NCBI GenBank assembly: GCA_032718475.1
Contig: JAUCBJ010006911.1
Span: 21,845 to 85,844, forward strand
DNA from: Nemertoderma westbladi
Lineage: Eukaryota > Animalia > Xenacoelomorpha
Direction of reading: 5' to 3'
Length of the DNA stretch: 64,000 nt
The position numbers and the translations under genes are program-made. This document shows, one piece after another, positions 10,978 to 25,014 of the stretch (position 1 is its first letter; each line of letters opens with the position of its first letter). Under the pieces are notes generated by a model that was not told where the DNA came from, ran no database searches, and worked only from the letters and a program-made list of their open reading frames with translations.

Positions 10978-13933
10978 CGGCATGCTGCATTGCAGCTGCA
11001 TTTTTAAGAATGCTGTGCCGGCTTGTCAACAAAATTGCGCCGCCACAACTCCCTATCACCCATGACATTTGCCATCTTCAAGACCAGTGTCCTTTAAGAT
11101 GCGTCTCTAGAAAGTCATGGACTGTCCACCATGCTTATTCACTCCATGAGGCTGCCAAAGTACAAGATTATGCACTGGCTGGTCCTCACGGCGAAAGCAA
11201 TGTCCTGCAAAGCGGAGGCGATTTTGTTCTAGTGTCAAGCTTGCGGGAACCAATGAGACACCTCCAATGTTATATAGTGTCTGGTTGGAGATGTGTGCAT
11301 TGTACTTGACACAATGAACCCGACGTAGCATTCTTGTGAATGTGCCATCCAGAGATTTGGTATCCTCAGCAGTTAGAGCCCAGCATGGACTCCCATAGAG
11401 GAGTACTGGAACTACTGCTGCTCTAAATAATCGGACCTTAAGTTTCCGATTAATTCTCGGTGACTTCCAAATCCTGGAAAGCCTATTCAAGGTTGCCCAT
11501 GCCTTTTCCTTACGTATTCGAAGGTTTTCACCTGACTTCCGGTTCCATGATCCCAGGTAACAGAAGTCGTCCACATGCTCAAGCATACCATCCTGTGAGC
11601 TTATGCTCATCCGATCAGAAACTTGCTGAGAACTTTCAAAGTTAACTGTCAAAATTTTGGTATTTCTGGAGTTAATAAAAAGACCAACACTAGAAGCAGC
11701 ATGTTCTAATGAGCTGAGGAGCCGTTGGGCTCCCTCTAGTGATTCTGAGAGTACTCCTAAGTCATCAGCAAAGTCTAGATCAGTTAGGTACTTGGCAGGA
11801 TTTCTTCGACTTCTGGAGCCAGTAGGTGGAGTTATCATCACCCCATCATCATTATGATGATCGAAGGACATGCGTAGAACAGTCTACAACAATTATGAAC
11901 AAGAATGGTGCAAGTGTGTCTCCCTGGAGGACGCCCCATAAAACTTCAAATGGTTCTGTGTCACCGTCAACAGTAGACACAAATGTTGTCGAACCATCGT
12001 ATACTGATCTGATTGCTGCAATAATTTTATCAGGAATCCCATATAATGACAGAATGCTGAACATACGTGAGCGGGAGACTGTATCAAAGGCCTTGAAGAA
12101 GTCAACAAAGATAACAGCCAGATGCCTGTCTTTCTTTTTTGATAACTCTTCAATTATCCTTCTAAGTGCCAAAATGGGCTCCATGGTCCCACGACCTTTA
12201 CGGAACCCATTCTGATTTCCACGGAGCAGTCTCTCAATGGGATCCCTGATGCGATTTAATAGAATCCTATTGTATAGCTTTGCAGCAATCGAGATCAAAG
12301 AGATTCCCCGAAAAGAACCATAGAGTGTTAGGTTGCCCTTCTTGGGAACAGCTGGGGAACTGGCACCAACTTATTTGTTTTCATTTCTTGTGGGACTCTT
12401 GTTGTTCGGTACATGTCTACTATGATGGGATAGATGAGCTTTAAACACTCAGGTATTTTAAAGACCTCAGGGGGAACACCATCTACTCCACTGGCACGAT
12501 TGGTCTTAATGCTCTTTGCAGCAGCCTTCACTTCTGCAAAGAAGATATCGCCAATGGGAATATCTGGGAGTACAGACTCAGACACTTTTACTTCTATAAA
12601 GTTATCATGCAATAATCCTGTCATTATTGAGGAGCTTTTCAAAGTGGGCCTTCCAACCATTGAGGCGATGGGCTGGTGATTCAGCCTTAACCTTGGTGGT
12701 TGGTTGGCTTTTCCGCCCAGTAAGCAAGTTGATCGATTTCCATGCCTGGGATGATTGCCTGCTGTCGTCGGCATCATTGATGGCATCAACCTGTTGGTTT
12801 ATTAGCTCCTGTAGATTAACAGAGTACTGCCTGTTCAGGGACCTAGATGCAGCCTTAACTGCATTCTTGGCCGCTGTAGTCTGATTGAGTCGGGACTCTT
12901 TCTGTGCCTTATATAGGTCATTTCGGCACTTCTGGATTTTGTTGTCAGTCCAGGGGGCCCTTTTCCTGTTTCGAGGGTATACAGGAACTGTTTCTGCAGC
13001 TGCTAACTTAACTGCTTCTGTGAAGGCAGTATAGCCCACACAGTGATCTGCCGCCTCAGAGGCAAGAACCTCATACCTGTCGCTCAGCTGTAGTGTGAAG
13101 CTGGATCTCACACTTGGCTGTTGCAACAGAGAGGACCAGTCATGCCGCTGCAAGGCAGATTTCGTTGTTCTGCTAGCACGCAGACTAAGTCTTACCTTGG
13201 CCACAATAAGGCGGTGATCACTGGAGTAGGGTCGAAGTGTAAATGCATTACAGTCTTGTATAGAGCTCCTGTACAGCCTACGAAACAGAATATGGTCTAT
13301 CTGGGACTTGTGACCACTGGTTCCACTATGAGTCCATAGCTTTTCAGTTTGCTTCTTGAACTGGGTTCCAGCCGAAAACAATCCATTTCCAGAGATGAAA
13401 TCCTGAAGATGGACGGAATTTCGGTTGAGACTATTGCTATAGACCCATGGCGATGTAGGTGATTGATGCAGACTTGCATTAAAGTCTCCCAGGAATGTTA
13501 AGAATGCATGCTGATCCAATCCATCAGTAGCTGCTTGTAGATTGTGGTAGAAATTTTCCACCTCCTCTACAGGGGCAACACTAGTTGGAGAGTAGCACAC
13601 AATTAGAACCACCTTAGGAAACCTCTTAGCTAGTCTTCCAGAACATGAGAAGTGGCAATGGATGATGCGGTTAGAGATTTGGTCTATTTTGTCCAATGCT
13701 GCATGTGCAGTTGGATTCATCAATAGACCAATACCACCATTGCCACTATCATCTGCTGACGCGAGGGCGAGTCGCCAACCGCCCCCATGTCCTTAATCAG
13801 AACCTCATCAGTCTGTCCAGTCTGCATTCGGTGCTCTTGAACACCCACTGCGCTAAGAGAAAGCTTATCTGCGAAGGCAGTCAGCTCACCTTGTCGCATT
13901 GGGGACCCGAGTGTTAGGGTGTTTACTTAGGCT
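10978..13933 (-). mobile_element. RTE-clade LINE, near full length but frameshifted (APE plus RT)
   Basis: YSPT, GDFNA, IDHIL, SDH (APE); QNGFRKGR, VDFFKAFD, GVLQGDTLAPFLF, DLDFADD, FCYLGS (RT), split over several ORFs. Confidence 0.92.
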
Positions 13934-14262
13934 TGTGTAAACAGAAAGGGGCGGGCAGTCACGGGCTTTACCGGTAGCCTGTTAATCCATATATTCCAAT
14001 GATCTGTGGTAATTTTGCTCTCCATTCCTTGAACTTTCGAATATTGTGTATTTTTATTATGATTTATTATTGACCAAACTGTCCAATTGGAATTGAATAT
14101 AACACTATAATCAGATCAAGCCAACAAATTGATACTTTACGAAACGAATTGTGAAAATTTATTTAATTATTTTATTTTCTTTATTCCATCGGGCCGAAAC
14201 CCATTGTGCATAGGCCACAATATGTAATATTGTACAATACAATATTATAGTAATACATATAT

Positions 14263-14293
<31 letters not shown>

Positions 14294-14469
14294 CAATATA
14301 TAGTAATACAATAGACCTACAATATGCACGATATATATACAAAAATCAACACAACACAATAATTTGCACAATTGATTATTACTGGGTTATGTTCCCAAAA
14401 CTCGTTTCCATCTATCAATAATGACAGAATCATCTTTCGTAAACTAGATAACAAGCTGCTACAATTCGA

Positions 14470-14820
14470 TTATTTGACTTGATTATACATAGAATACATG
14501 TTACTACGTAACACCGATTTAAATGTATTTACTCTGTTAGCGACAAAAAATGTGTCGGCATCCTCAGTTCGGCCATATTTAAATAGTAACCTAAACGCAG
14601 TATTATATGCAACCTTCAGCTTGCGCTGACATTCTACTCGAAAAATAGACCAAAGTGCACAACAATATAAATTATAACAAAAAACCTTAAAAAGCACCAC
14701 TTTTACAGATTTCGAATATACTGAAAAATGCCGAGCTAACTGGTTACCACGACAATATATGCCACTTCTCAGACGCATCATGTCTGGTTCGTCTGGTTCG
14801 AAAAGCAATATCTTATTCAT
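14470..14820 (-). mobile_element. Non-LTR retrotransposon C-terminal fragment, next to a (TA)n microsatellite at about 14257-14292
   Basis: LFKVFC..LYCCALW...LKVAYN..FR is typical of the post-RT region of LINE ORF2. Confidence 0.6.
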
Positions 14821-15773
14821 AATATTGGTAAACTATAGCAAAACCTAAAAAGGTACCAGATGCGGCACTCAAGAACCCTAAATAATAATCCTAAATAATC
14901 GCCATAATACGAGTGACAAACAAGATGAAAATAATTTGTATGTTTACTCAGAGAGATAAATAAGTAAATTATTAGTAATTTAGTTAGAAACATACGTCGA
15001 CTGCATAATGTATAACAATTCGAAATCTAAATACAATAAATACTAAATTTTCAGCACATCTAACAGTTCGTATATGTATTGCATAATGGTATGTATTGGA
15101 TCACTAGACAAGACAGCGGAGGGGGACGAATAATCTAGAGAGTATTTATGCCTAACGCCCTCAACAAAGGGGCATGAACAAATAACATGTGATTCTGATT
15201 GGGGCGAGCCACACTTGCATAAGCTTCGTTCATACGGAACTCGGTTCCATCTCCCTATCTCAACAGTGAGATTCGTCGACTATAGTATGATAGAGTGGAA
15301 GGGGATAGTAGGAAACTCGCCATTCGGTCGCCAGCCATAAATCCGGTGCTGGTACCACCTGATGGTGCTACTGAAATTGTGTCATCTTGCTCATATGAGC
15401 CTTAGCAGAAGCTCAAATTCTGCTAAACTTACCTGAGAGCTTTAAGTAATTTCTCGTCGAAGTACTCGTCGAAGTCATCATCTTGTACCTCAGCATCGGA
15501 ATGCGCCTAACGAGCATAACGTTGCCTCGAAACCGCAACATTATTGGAGGGAATCAAAATTACCAGGCAATGTAAAGCCACCAAAGTCATCCCAAATTTA
15601 CAATGAGAATATCATTTATATTATTGTATGTAGATCATAAATAATCAATAAATAATATATATATATATCATATATAGAAGAATTTGAGGTAATTTTCTCC
15701 CCATCCGCTGTACATTAATATTAACTAAAATTTGATAGTGATATGAGTATTACTTGAGGACTTATTGTTTTAG

Positions 15774-15857
15774 GACAATTTTTTCGATGCCTCGATAATA
15801 ATGGAAATATAATGGATGCCGATGTAATACCAAATAAGACTGCATGTATTGCTCGAG
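15774..15857 (+). CDS. Nav2: Nav2 exon: DIII S5-P extracellular turret (GQFFRCLDNNGNIMDADVIPNKTACIAR)
   Basis: ttttag acceptor, gtgagt donor, 84 nt, phase 1/1; F-x-x-C...PNK-x-x-C turret pattern; joins both neighbours in frame. Confidence 0.92.
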
Positions 15858-18800
15858 GTGAGTTAAATACTGAATGTGTAGCAGATGTACTAGAGGTGAG
15901 TGAAATACTGAATGTGTAGCGGATGTAGTAGAGGTGAGTGAAATACTGAATGTGTAGCGGATGTACTAGAGGTGAGTGAAATACTGAATGTGTAGCGGAT
16001 GTACTAGAGGTGAGTGAAATACTGAATGTGTAGCGGATGTACTAGAGGTGAGTGAAATACTGAATGTGTAGCGGATGTACTAGAGGTGAGTGAAATACTG
16101 AATGTGTAGCGGATGTACTAGAGGTGAGTGAAATACTGAATGTGTAGCGGATGTAGTAGAGGTGAGTGAAATACTGAATGTGTAGCGGATGTAGTAGAGG
16201 TAAGTGAAATACTGAATGTGTAGCGGATGTACTAGAGGTGAGTGAAATACTGAATGTGTCGTGGATGTACTAGAGGTGAGTGAAATACTGAATGTGTAGC
16301 GGATGTACTAGAGGTGAGTGAAATACTGAATGTGTAGCGGATGTAGTAGAGGTGAGTGAAATACTGAATGTGTAGCGGATGTAGTAGAGGTGAGTGAAAT
16401 ACTGAATGTGTAGTGGATGTAGTAGAGGTGAGTGAAATACTGAATGTGTAGCGGATGTACTAGAGGTGAGTGAAATACTGAATGTGTAGCGGATGTAGTA
16501 GAGGTGAGTGAAATACTGAATGTGTAGCGGATGTACTAGAGGTGAGTGAAATACTGAATGTGTAGCGGATGTACTAGAGGTGAGTGAAATACTGAATGTG
16601 TAGCGGATGTACTAGAGGTGAGTGAAATACTGAATGTGTAGTGGATGTAGTAGAGGTGGGTGAAATACTGAATGTGTAGCGGATGTAGTAGAGGTGAGTG
16701 AAATACTGAATGTGTAGCGGATGTACTAGAGGTGGGTGAAATACTGAATGTGTAGCGGATGTAGTAGAGGTGGGTGAAATACTGAATGTGTAGCGGATGT
16801 AGTAGAGGTGAGTGAAATACTGAATGTGTAGCGGATGTACTAGAGGTGAGTGAAATACTGAATGTGTAGCGGATGTACTAGAGGTGAGTGAAATACTGAA
16901 TGTGTAGTGGATGTAGTAGAGGTGAGTGAAATACTGAATGTGTAGCGGATGTGCTAGAGTTGAGTGAAATACTGAATGTGTAGTGGATGTAGTAGAGGTG
17001 GGTGAAATACTGAATGTGTAGCGGATGTAGTAGAGGTGAGTGAAATACTGAATGTGTAGCGGATGTACTAGAGGTGGGTGAAATACTGAATGTGTAGCGG
17101 ATGTACTAGAGGTGAGTGAAATACTGAATGTGTAGTGGATGTACTAGAGGTGAGTGAAATACTGAATGTGTAGCGGATGTACTAGAGGTGAGTGAAATAC
17201 TGAATGTGTAGTGGATGTACTAGAGGTGAGTGAAATACTGAATGTGTAGCGGATGTAGTAGAGGTGAGTGAAATACTGAATGTGTAGTGGATGTACTAGA
17301 GGTGAGTGAAATACTGAATGTGTAGCTGATGTACTAGAGGTGAGTGAAATACTGAATGTGTAGCGGATGTAGTAGAGGTGAGTGAAATACTGAATGTGTA
17401 GCGGATGTAGTAGAGGTGAGTGAAATACTGAATGTGTAGCGGATGTAGTAGAGGTGAGTGAAATACTGAATGTGTAGTGGATGTACTAGAGGTGAGTGAA
17501 ATACTGAATGTGTAGCGGATGTACTAGAGGTGAGTGAAATACTGAATGTGTAGCGGATGTACTAGAGGTGAGTGAAATACTGAATGTGTAGCGGATGTAG
17601 TAGAGGTGAGTGAAATACTGAATGTGTAGCGGATGTACTAGAGGTGAGTGAAATACTGAATGTGTAGCGGATGTATTAGAGGTGAGTGAAATACTGAATG
17701 TGTAGCGGATGTACTAGAGGTGAGTGAAATACTGAATGTGTAGCGGATGTATTAGAGGTGAGTGAAATACTGAATGTGTAGCGGATGTACTAGAGGTGAG
17801 TGAAATACTGAATGTGTAGCGGATGTGCTAGAGGTGAGTGAAATACTGAATGTGTAGCGGATGTACTAGAGGTGAGTGAAATACTGAATGTGTAGCGGAT
17901 GTAGTAGAGGTGAGTGAAATACTGAATGTGTAGCGGATGTACTAGAGGTGAGTGAAATACTGAATGTGTAGCGGATGTAGTAGAGGTGAGTGAAATACTG
18001 AATGTGTAGCGGATGTAGTAGAGGTGAGTGAAATACTGAATGTGTAGCGGATGTAGTAGAGGTGAGTGAAATACTGAATGTGTAGCGGATGTAGTAGAGG
18101 TGAGTGAAATACTGAATGTGTAGCGGATGTAGTAGAGGTGAGTGAAATACTGAATGCGTAGCGGAAAAAAAAAGTGAAATACTGAATGTGTAGCGGATGT
18201 ACTAGAGGTGAGTGAAATACTGAATGTGTAGCGGATGTACTAGAGGTGAGTGAAATACTGAATGTGTAGTGGATGTACTAGAGGTGAGTGAAATACTGAA
18301 TGTGTAGCGGATGTGCTAGAGGTGAGTGAAATACTGAATGTGTAGCGGATGTATTAGAGGTGAGTGAAATACTGAATGTGTAGCGGATGTACTAGAGGTG
18401 GGTGAAATACTGAATGTGTAGTGGATGTACTAGAGGTGAGTGAAATACTGAATGTGTAGCGGATGTACTAGAGGTGAGTGAAATACTGAATGTGTAGTGG
18501 ATGTACTAGAGGTGAGTGAAATACTGAATGTGTAGCGGATGTAGTAGAGGTGAGTGAAATACTGAATGTGTAGCGGATGTACTAGAGGTGAGTGAAATAC
18601 TGAATGTGTAGCGGATGTACTAGAGGTGAGTGAAATACTGAATGTGTAGTGGATGTACTAGAGGTGAGTGAAATACTGAATGTGTAGCGGATGTAGTAGA
18701 GGTGAGTGAAATACTGAATGTGTAGTGGATGTACTAGAGGTGAGTGAAATACTGAATGTGTAGCGGATGTACTAGAGGTGAGTGAAATACTGAATGTGTA

Positions 18801-21800
18801 GTGGATGTACTAGAGGTGAGTGAAATACTGAATGTGTAGCGGATGTAGTAGAGGTGAGTGAAATACTGAATGTGTAGTGGATGTACTAGAGGTGAGTGAA
18901 ATACTGAATGTGTAGCTGATGTACTAGAGGTGAGTGAAATATTGAATGTGTAGTGGATGTAGTAGAGGTGAGTGAAATACTGAATGTGTAGCGGATGTAC
19001 TAGAGGTGAGTGAAATACTGAATGTGTAGCGGATGTACTAGAGGTGAGTGAAATACTGAATGTGTAGTGGATGTACTAGAGGTGAGTGAAATACTGAATG
19101 TGTAGTGGATGTACTAGAGGTGAGTGAAATACTGAATGTGTAGCGGATGTACTAGAGGTGAGTGAAATACTGAATGTGTAGTGGATGTACTAGAGGTGAG
19201 TGAAATACTGAATGTGTAGCGGATGTAGTAGAGGTGAGTGAAATACTGAATGTGTAGCGGATGTACTAGAGGTGAGTGAAATACTGAATGTGTAGCGGAT
19301 GTACTAGAGGTGAGTGAAATACTGAATGTGTAGTGGATGTACTAGAGGTGAGTGAAATACTGAATGTGTAGCGGATGTAGTAGAGGTGAGTGAAATACTG
19401 AATGTGTAGTGGATGTACTAGAGGTGAGTGAAATACTGAATGTGTAGCGGATGTACTAGAGGTTAGTGAAATACTGAATGTGTAGTGGATGTACTAGAGG
19501 TGAGTGAAATACTGAATGTGTAGCGGATGTACTAGAGGTGAGTGAAATACTGAATGTGTAGTGGATGTACTAGAGGTGAGTGAAATACTGAATGTGTAGC
19601 GGATGTAGTAGAGGTGAGTGAAATACTGAATGTGTAGCGGATGTACTAGAAGTGAGTGAAATACTGAATGTGTAGCGGATGTACTAGAGGTGAGTGAAAT
19701 ACTGAATGTGTAGTGGATGTACTAGAGGTGAGTGAAATACTGAATGTGTAGCGGATGTAGTAGAGGTGAGTGAAATACTGAATGTGTAGTGGATGTAGTA
19801 GAGGTGAGTGAAATACTGAATGTGTAGCGGATGTAGTAGAGGTGAGTGAAATACTGAATGTGTAGCGGATGTACTAGAGGTGAGTGAAATACTGAATGTG
19901 TAGCGGATGTACTAGAGGTGAGTGAAATACTGAATGTGTAGTGGATGTACTAGAGGTGAGTGAAATACTGAATGTGTAGCGGATGTACTAGAGGTGAGTG
20001 AAATACTGAATGTGTAGTGGATGTACTAGAGGTGAGTGAAATACTGAATGTGTAGCGGATGTAGTAGAGGTGAGTGAAATACTGAATGTGTAGTGGATGT
20101 AGTAGAGGTGAGTGAAATACTGAATGTGTAGCGGATGTAGTAGAGGTGAGTGAAATACTGAATGTGTAGCGGATGTACTAGAGGTGAGTGAAATACTGAA
20201 TGTGTAGCGGATGTACTAGAGGTGAGTGAAATACTGAATGTGTAGTGGATGTACTAGAGGTGAGTGAAATACTGAATGTGTAGCGGATGTAGTAGAGGTG
20301 AGTGAAATACTGAATGTGTAGTGGATGTACTAGAGGTGAGTGAAATACTGAATGTGTAGCGGATGTAGTAGAGGTGAGTGAAATACTGAATGTGTAGCGG
20401 ATGTACTAGAGGTGAGTGAAATACTGAATGTGTAGCGGATGTAGTAGAGGTGAGTGAAATACTGAATGTGTAGTGGATGTACTAGAGGTGAGTGAAATAC
20501 TGAATGTGTAGCTGATGTACTAGAGGTGAGTGAAATATTGAATGTGTAGTGGATGTAGTAGAGGTGAGTGAAATACTGAATGTGTAGCGGATGTACTAGA
20601 GGTGCGTGAAATACTGAATGTGTAGCGGATGTACTAGAGGTGAGTGAAATACTGAATGTGTAGTGGATGTACTAGAGGTGAGTGAAATACTGAATGTGTA
20701 GTGGATGTACTAGAGGTGAGTGAAATACTGAATGTGTAGTGGATGTAGCAGAGGTGAGTGAAATACTGAATGTGTAGTGGATGTACTAGAGGTGAGTGAA
20801 ATACTGAATGTGTAGCGGATGTAGTAGAGGTGAGTGAAATACTGAATGTGTAGCGGATGTACTAGAGGTGAGTGAAATACTGAATGTGTAGCGGATGTAC
20901 TAGAGGTGAGTGAAATACTGAATGTGTAGCGGATGTACTAGAGGTGAGTGAAATACTGAATGTGTAGCGGATGTAGTAGAGGTGAGTGAAATACTGAATG
21001 TGTAGCGGATGTAGTAGAGGTGAGTGAAATACTGAATGTGTAGCGGATGTAGTAGAGGTGAGTGAAATACTGAATGTGTAGTGGATGTACTAGAGGTGAG
21101 TGAAATACTGAATGTGTAGCGGATGTACTAGAGGTGAGTGAAATACTGAATGTGTAGCGGATGTACTAGAGGTGAGTGAAATACTGAATGTGTAGCGGAT
21201 GTACTAGAGGTGAGTGAAATACTGAATGTGTAGCGGATGTAGTAGAGGTGAGTGAAATACTGAATGTGTAGCGGATGTAGTAGAGGTGAGTGAAATACTG
21301 AATGTGTAGCGGATGTAGTAGAGGTGAGTGAAATACTGAATGTGTAGTGGATGTACTAGAGGTGAGTGAAATACTGAATGTGTAGCGGATGTACTAGAGG
21401 TGAGTGAAATACTGAATGTGTAGCGGATGTACTAGAGGTGAGTGAAATACTGAATGTGTAGCGGATGTAGTAGAGGTGAGTGAAATACTGAATGTGTAGC
21501 GGATGTACTAGAGGTGAGTGAAATACTGAATGTGTAGCGGATGTATTAGAGGTGAGTGAAATACTGAATGTGTAGCGGATGTACTAGATGTGAGTGAAAT
21601 ACTGAATGTGTAGCGGATGTATTAGAGGTGAGTGAAATACTGAATGTGTAGCGGATGTACTAGAGGTGAGTGAAATACTGAATGTGTAGCGGATGTGCTA
21701 GAGGTGAGTGAAATACTGAATGTGTAGCGGATGTACTAGAGGTGAGTGAAATACTGAATGTGTAGCGGATGTAGTAGAGGTGAGTGAAATACTGAATGTG

Positions 21801-23741
21801 TAGCGGATATACTAGAGGTGAGTGAAATACTGAATGTGTAGCGGATGTAGTAGAGGTGAGTGAAATACTGAATGTGTAGCGGATGTAGTAGAGGTGAGTG
21901 AAATACTGAATGTGTAGCGGATGTAGTAGAGGTGAGTGAAATACTGAATGTGTAGCGGATGTAGTAGAGGTGAGTGAAATACTGAATGTGTAGCGGATGT
22001 AGTAGAGGTGAGTGAAATACTGAATGCGTAGCGGAAAAAAAAAAGTGAAATACTGAATGTGTAGCGGATGTACTAGAGGTGAGTGAAATACTGAATGTGT
22101 AGCGGATGTACTAGAGGTGAGTGAAATACTGAATGTGTAGCGGATGTACTAGAGGTGAGTGAAATACTGAATGTGTAGCGGATGTGCTAGAGGTGAGTGA
22201 AATACTGAATGTGTAGCGGATGTATTAGAGGTGAGTGAAATACTGAATGTGTAGCGGATGTACTAGAGGTGAGTGAAATACTGAATGTGTAGCGGATGTG
22301 CTAGAGGTGAGTGAAATACTGAATGTGTAGCGGATGTACTAGAGGTGAGTGAAATACTGAATGTGTAGCGGATGTAGTAGAGGTGAGTGAAATACTGAAT
22401 GTGTAGCGGATGTACTAGAGGTGAGTGAAATACTGAATGTGTAGCGGATGTAGTAGAGGTGAGTGAAATACTGAATGTGTAGCGGATGTAGTAGAGGTGA
22501 GTGAAATACTGAATGTGTAGCGGATGTAGTAGAGGTGAGTGAAATACTGAATGTGTAGCGGATGTAGTAGAGGTGAGTGAAATACTGAATGTGTAGCGGA
22601 TGTAGTAGAGGTGAGTGAAATACTGAATGCGTAGCGGAAAAAAAAAAGTGAAATACTGAATGTGTAGCGGATGTACTAGAGGTGAGTGAAATACTGAATG
22701 TGTAGCGGATGTACTAGAGGTGAGTGAAATACTGCATGTGTAGCGGATGTAGTAGAGGTGAGTGAAATACTGAATGTGTAGCGGATGTAGTAGAGGTGAG
22801 TGAAATACTGAATGTGTAGCGGATGTACTAGAGGTGAGTGAAATACTGAATGTGTAGCGGATGTACTAGAGGTGAGTGAAATACTGAATGTGTAGCGGAT
22901 GTACTAGAGGTGAGTGAAATACTGAATGTGTAGCGGATGTAGTAGAGGTGAGTGAAATACTGAATGTGTAGCGGATGTACTAGAGGTGAGTGAAATACTG
23001 AATGTGTAGCGGATGTAGTAGAGGTGAGTGAAATACTGAATGTGTAGCGGATGTACTAGAGGTGAGTGAAATACTGAATGTGTAGCGGATGTACTAGAGG
23101 TGAGTGAAATACTGAATGTGTAGCGGATGTAGTAGAGGTGAGTGAAATACTGAATGTGTAGCGGATGTACTAGAGGTGAGTGAAATACTGAATGTGTAGC
23201 GGATGTACTAGAGGTGAGTGAAATACTGAATGTGTAGCTGATGTAGTAGAGGTGAGTGAATTACTGAATGTGTAGCGGATGTAGTAGAGGTGAGTGAAAT
23301 ACTGAATGTGTAGCGGATGTAGTAGAGGTGAGTGAAATACTGAATGTGTAGCTGATGTAGTAGAGGTGAGTGAAATACTGAATGTGTAGCGGATGTAGTA
23401 GAGGTGAGTGAAATACTGAATGTGTAGCGGATGTACTAGAGGTGAGTGAAATACTGAATGTGTAGCGGATGTACTAGAGGTGAGTGAAATACTGAATGTG
23501 TAGCGGATGTAGTAGAGGTGAGTGTAATACTGAATGTGTAGCGGATGTAGTAGAGGTGAGTGAAATACTGAATGTGTAGCGGATGTACTAGAGGTGAGTG
23601 AAATACTGAATGTGTAGCGGATGTACTAGAGGTGAGTGAAATACTGAATGTGTAGCGGATGTACTAGAGGTGAGTGAAATACTGAATGTGTAGCGGATGT
23701 ACTAGAGGTGAGTGAATTACTGAATGTGTAGCGGATGTACT
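15855..23741 (+). repeat. 38-bp minisatellite, about 207 copies (gaggtgagtgaaatactgaatgtgtagcggatgtacta)
   Basis: Period measured from 15855 to 15893; fills almost the whole intron; the first unit overlaps the real splice donor. Confidence 0.97.
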
Positions 23742-23964
23742 TGGAAGTAAGGCTATCTATTGTTTTAGACTGAATGAAATGTTGAAATATATTGAACAAA
23801 TCCATTTCTAGTTGTAGTGGAATTGTTCCTATTATATTAAACTTATTTAAGTAAAATTTATATACTGATTGGTTGGTTTGAGCTTTTCGAAGCCCTGGCA
23901 TTAATAAAATGGCACCGACCAATGCCAGTGTAAGATATTATAAATCTTGTATTTTAATTTATAG

Positions 23965-24092
23965 CTGATTTGCAATGGGTTAATACCCATATAAACTTTG
24001 ATAACGTCATTCACGGATACCTAGCCTTGTATCAGGTGGCCACTTTTGAAGGTTGGATGGAGGTCATGGCTAGTGCTGTAGACGTCAATGGG
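23965..24092 (+). CDS. Nav2: Nav2 exon: DIII pore loop ([43 protein letters not shown]); filter residue Glu
   Basis: ttatag acceptor, gttagt donor, 128 nt, phase 1/0; [17 protein letters not shown]; filter codon GAA at 24048-24050. Confidence 0.96.
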
Positions 24093-24455
24093 GTTAGTTT
24101 TATATAAAGTTGTTGATAGATACACATCTGAGTATAGCAGTGTTAGAGGGGATTTAACATTTAACACATGAACTGCGTTATTTATAATAGTGTTCAAATT
24201 TGTGTGAGGATAGTGTCCAACTGAGGCCGACCTCATCTGGATGGCTGATATACAGCTGTATTGTATTATTACAGCTTTCATCTGCGTCTTCGAGCTGTTT
24301 CAGCACAAGCTCGCCCGAGAAGATGTTGGCCCGGCTGTGGCAGTGGGGAGTGGTAAAGAAGAAGCAACCAGGCCGGATTGGAGTTTCCTGTGTAAGGGTG
24401 TTGGAGAAACATGATAGATAACGAATTTCAAATCAATTTAACTAATTATTTGCAG

Positions 24456-24593
24456 GTTGATAAACAACCTATTTACGAAAATCAACTTGGATGGTATGCT
24501 TTCTTTGTGTTCTACATCGTAGCAGGTTCTTTCTTCACTCTCAACCTCTTCATTGGAGTTATCATCGACAACTTTAATCAGCTTAAGAAGAAG
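24456..24593 (+). CDS. Nav2: Nav2 exon: DIII S6 ([10 protein letters not shown]...[23 protein letters not shown])
   Basis: ttgcag acceptor, gttagt donor, 138 nt, phase 0/0; near-invariant [18 protein letters not shown]. Confidence 0.97.
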
Positions 24594-25014
24594 GTTAGTG
24601 CGATTGCATAATGTATTATTCTCAAATACTTACCATTTTTTTGGAACTTTAATACTTTGCTTACTCACGCATTGAGCAAGCAAAATTCTGTAGAAAATGT
24701 TTGAAAATATTGGTTAATATTTACGATGACAATTTTTTATATGGCTTCATGTTTTAAATGTTTGTACATCTACATAATTGGTGCATATATATGTATATTT
24801 AAATTAAGCGCCATTTTAGTTGGGATAAATTACCCCATAAGTTCAAAAATCTTCAAAAACTAAATCAATCCAAAAGTTGTACTCGTATTATATATTTTAC
24901 CTGAACAAATAATAACTTATATATATATATAGAGAGAGAGAGAGAGGACCCCATATATATATATAGAGAGAGGGCCCCTTATATATAGAGAGAGAGGGCC
25001 CCTTATATATAGAG

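Noticed and set aside
24594-24601. U12/AT-AC intron as the exclusivity mechanism (vertebrate Nav genes have an AT-AC intron at about this position, as I recall)
   Set aside because: The donor is GTTAGT and I see no ATATCCTT/GTATCCTT donor or TCCTTAAC branch near the linker exons; all look U2-type.
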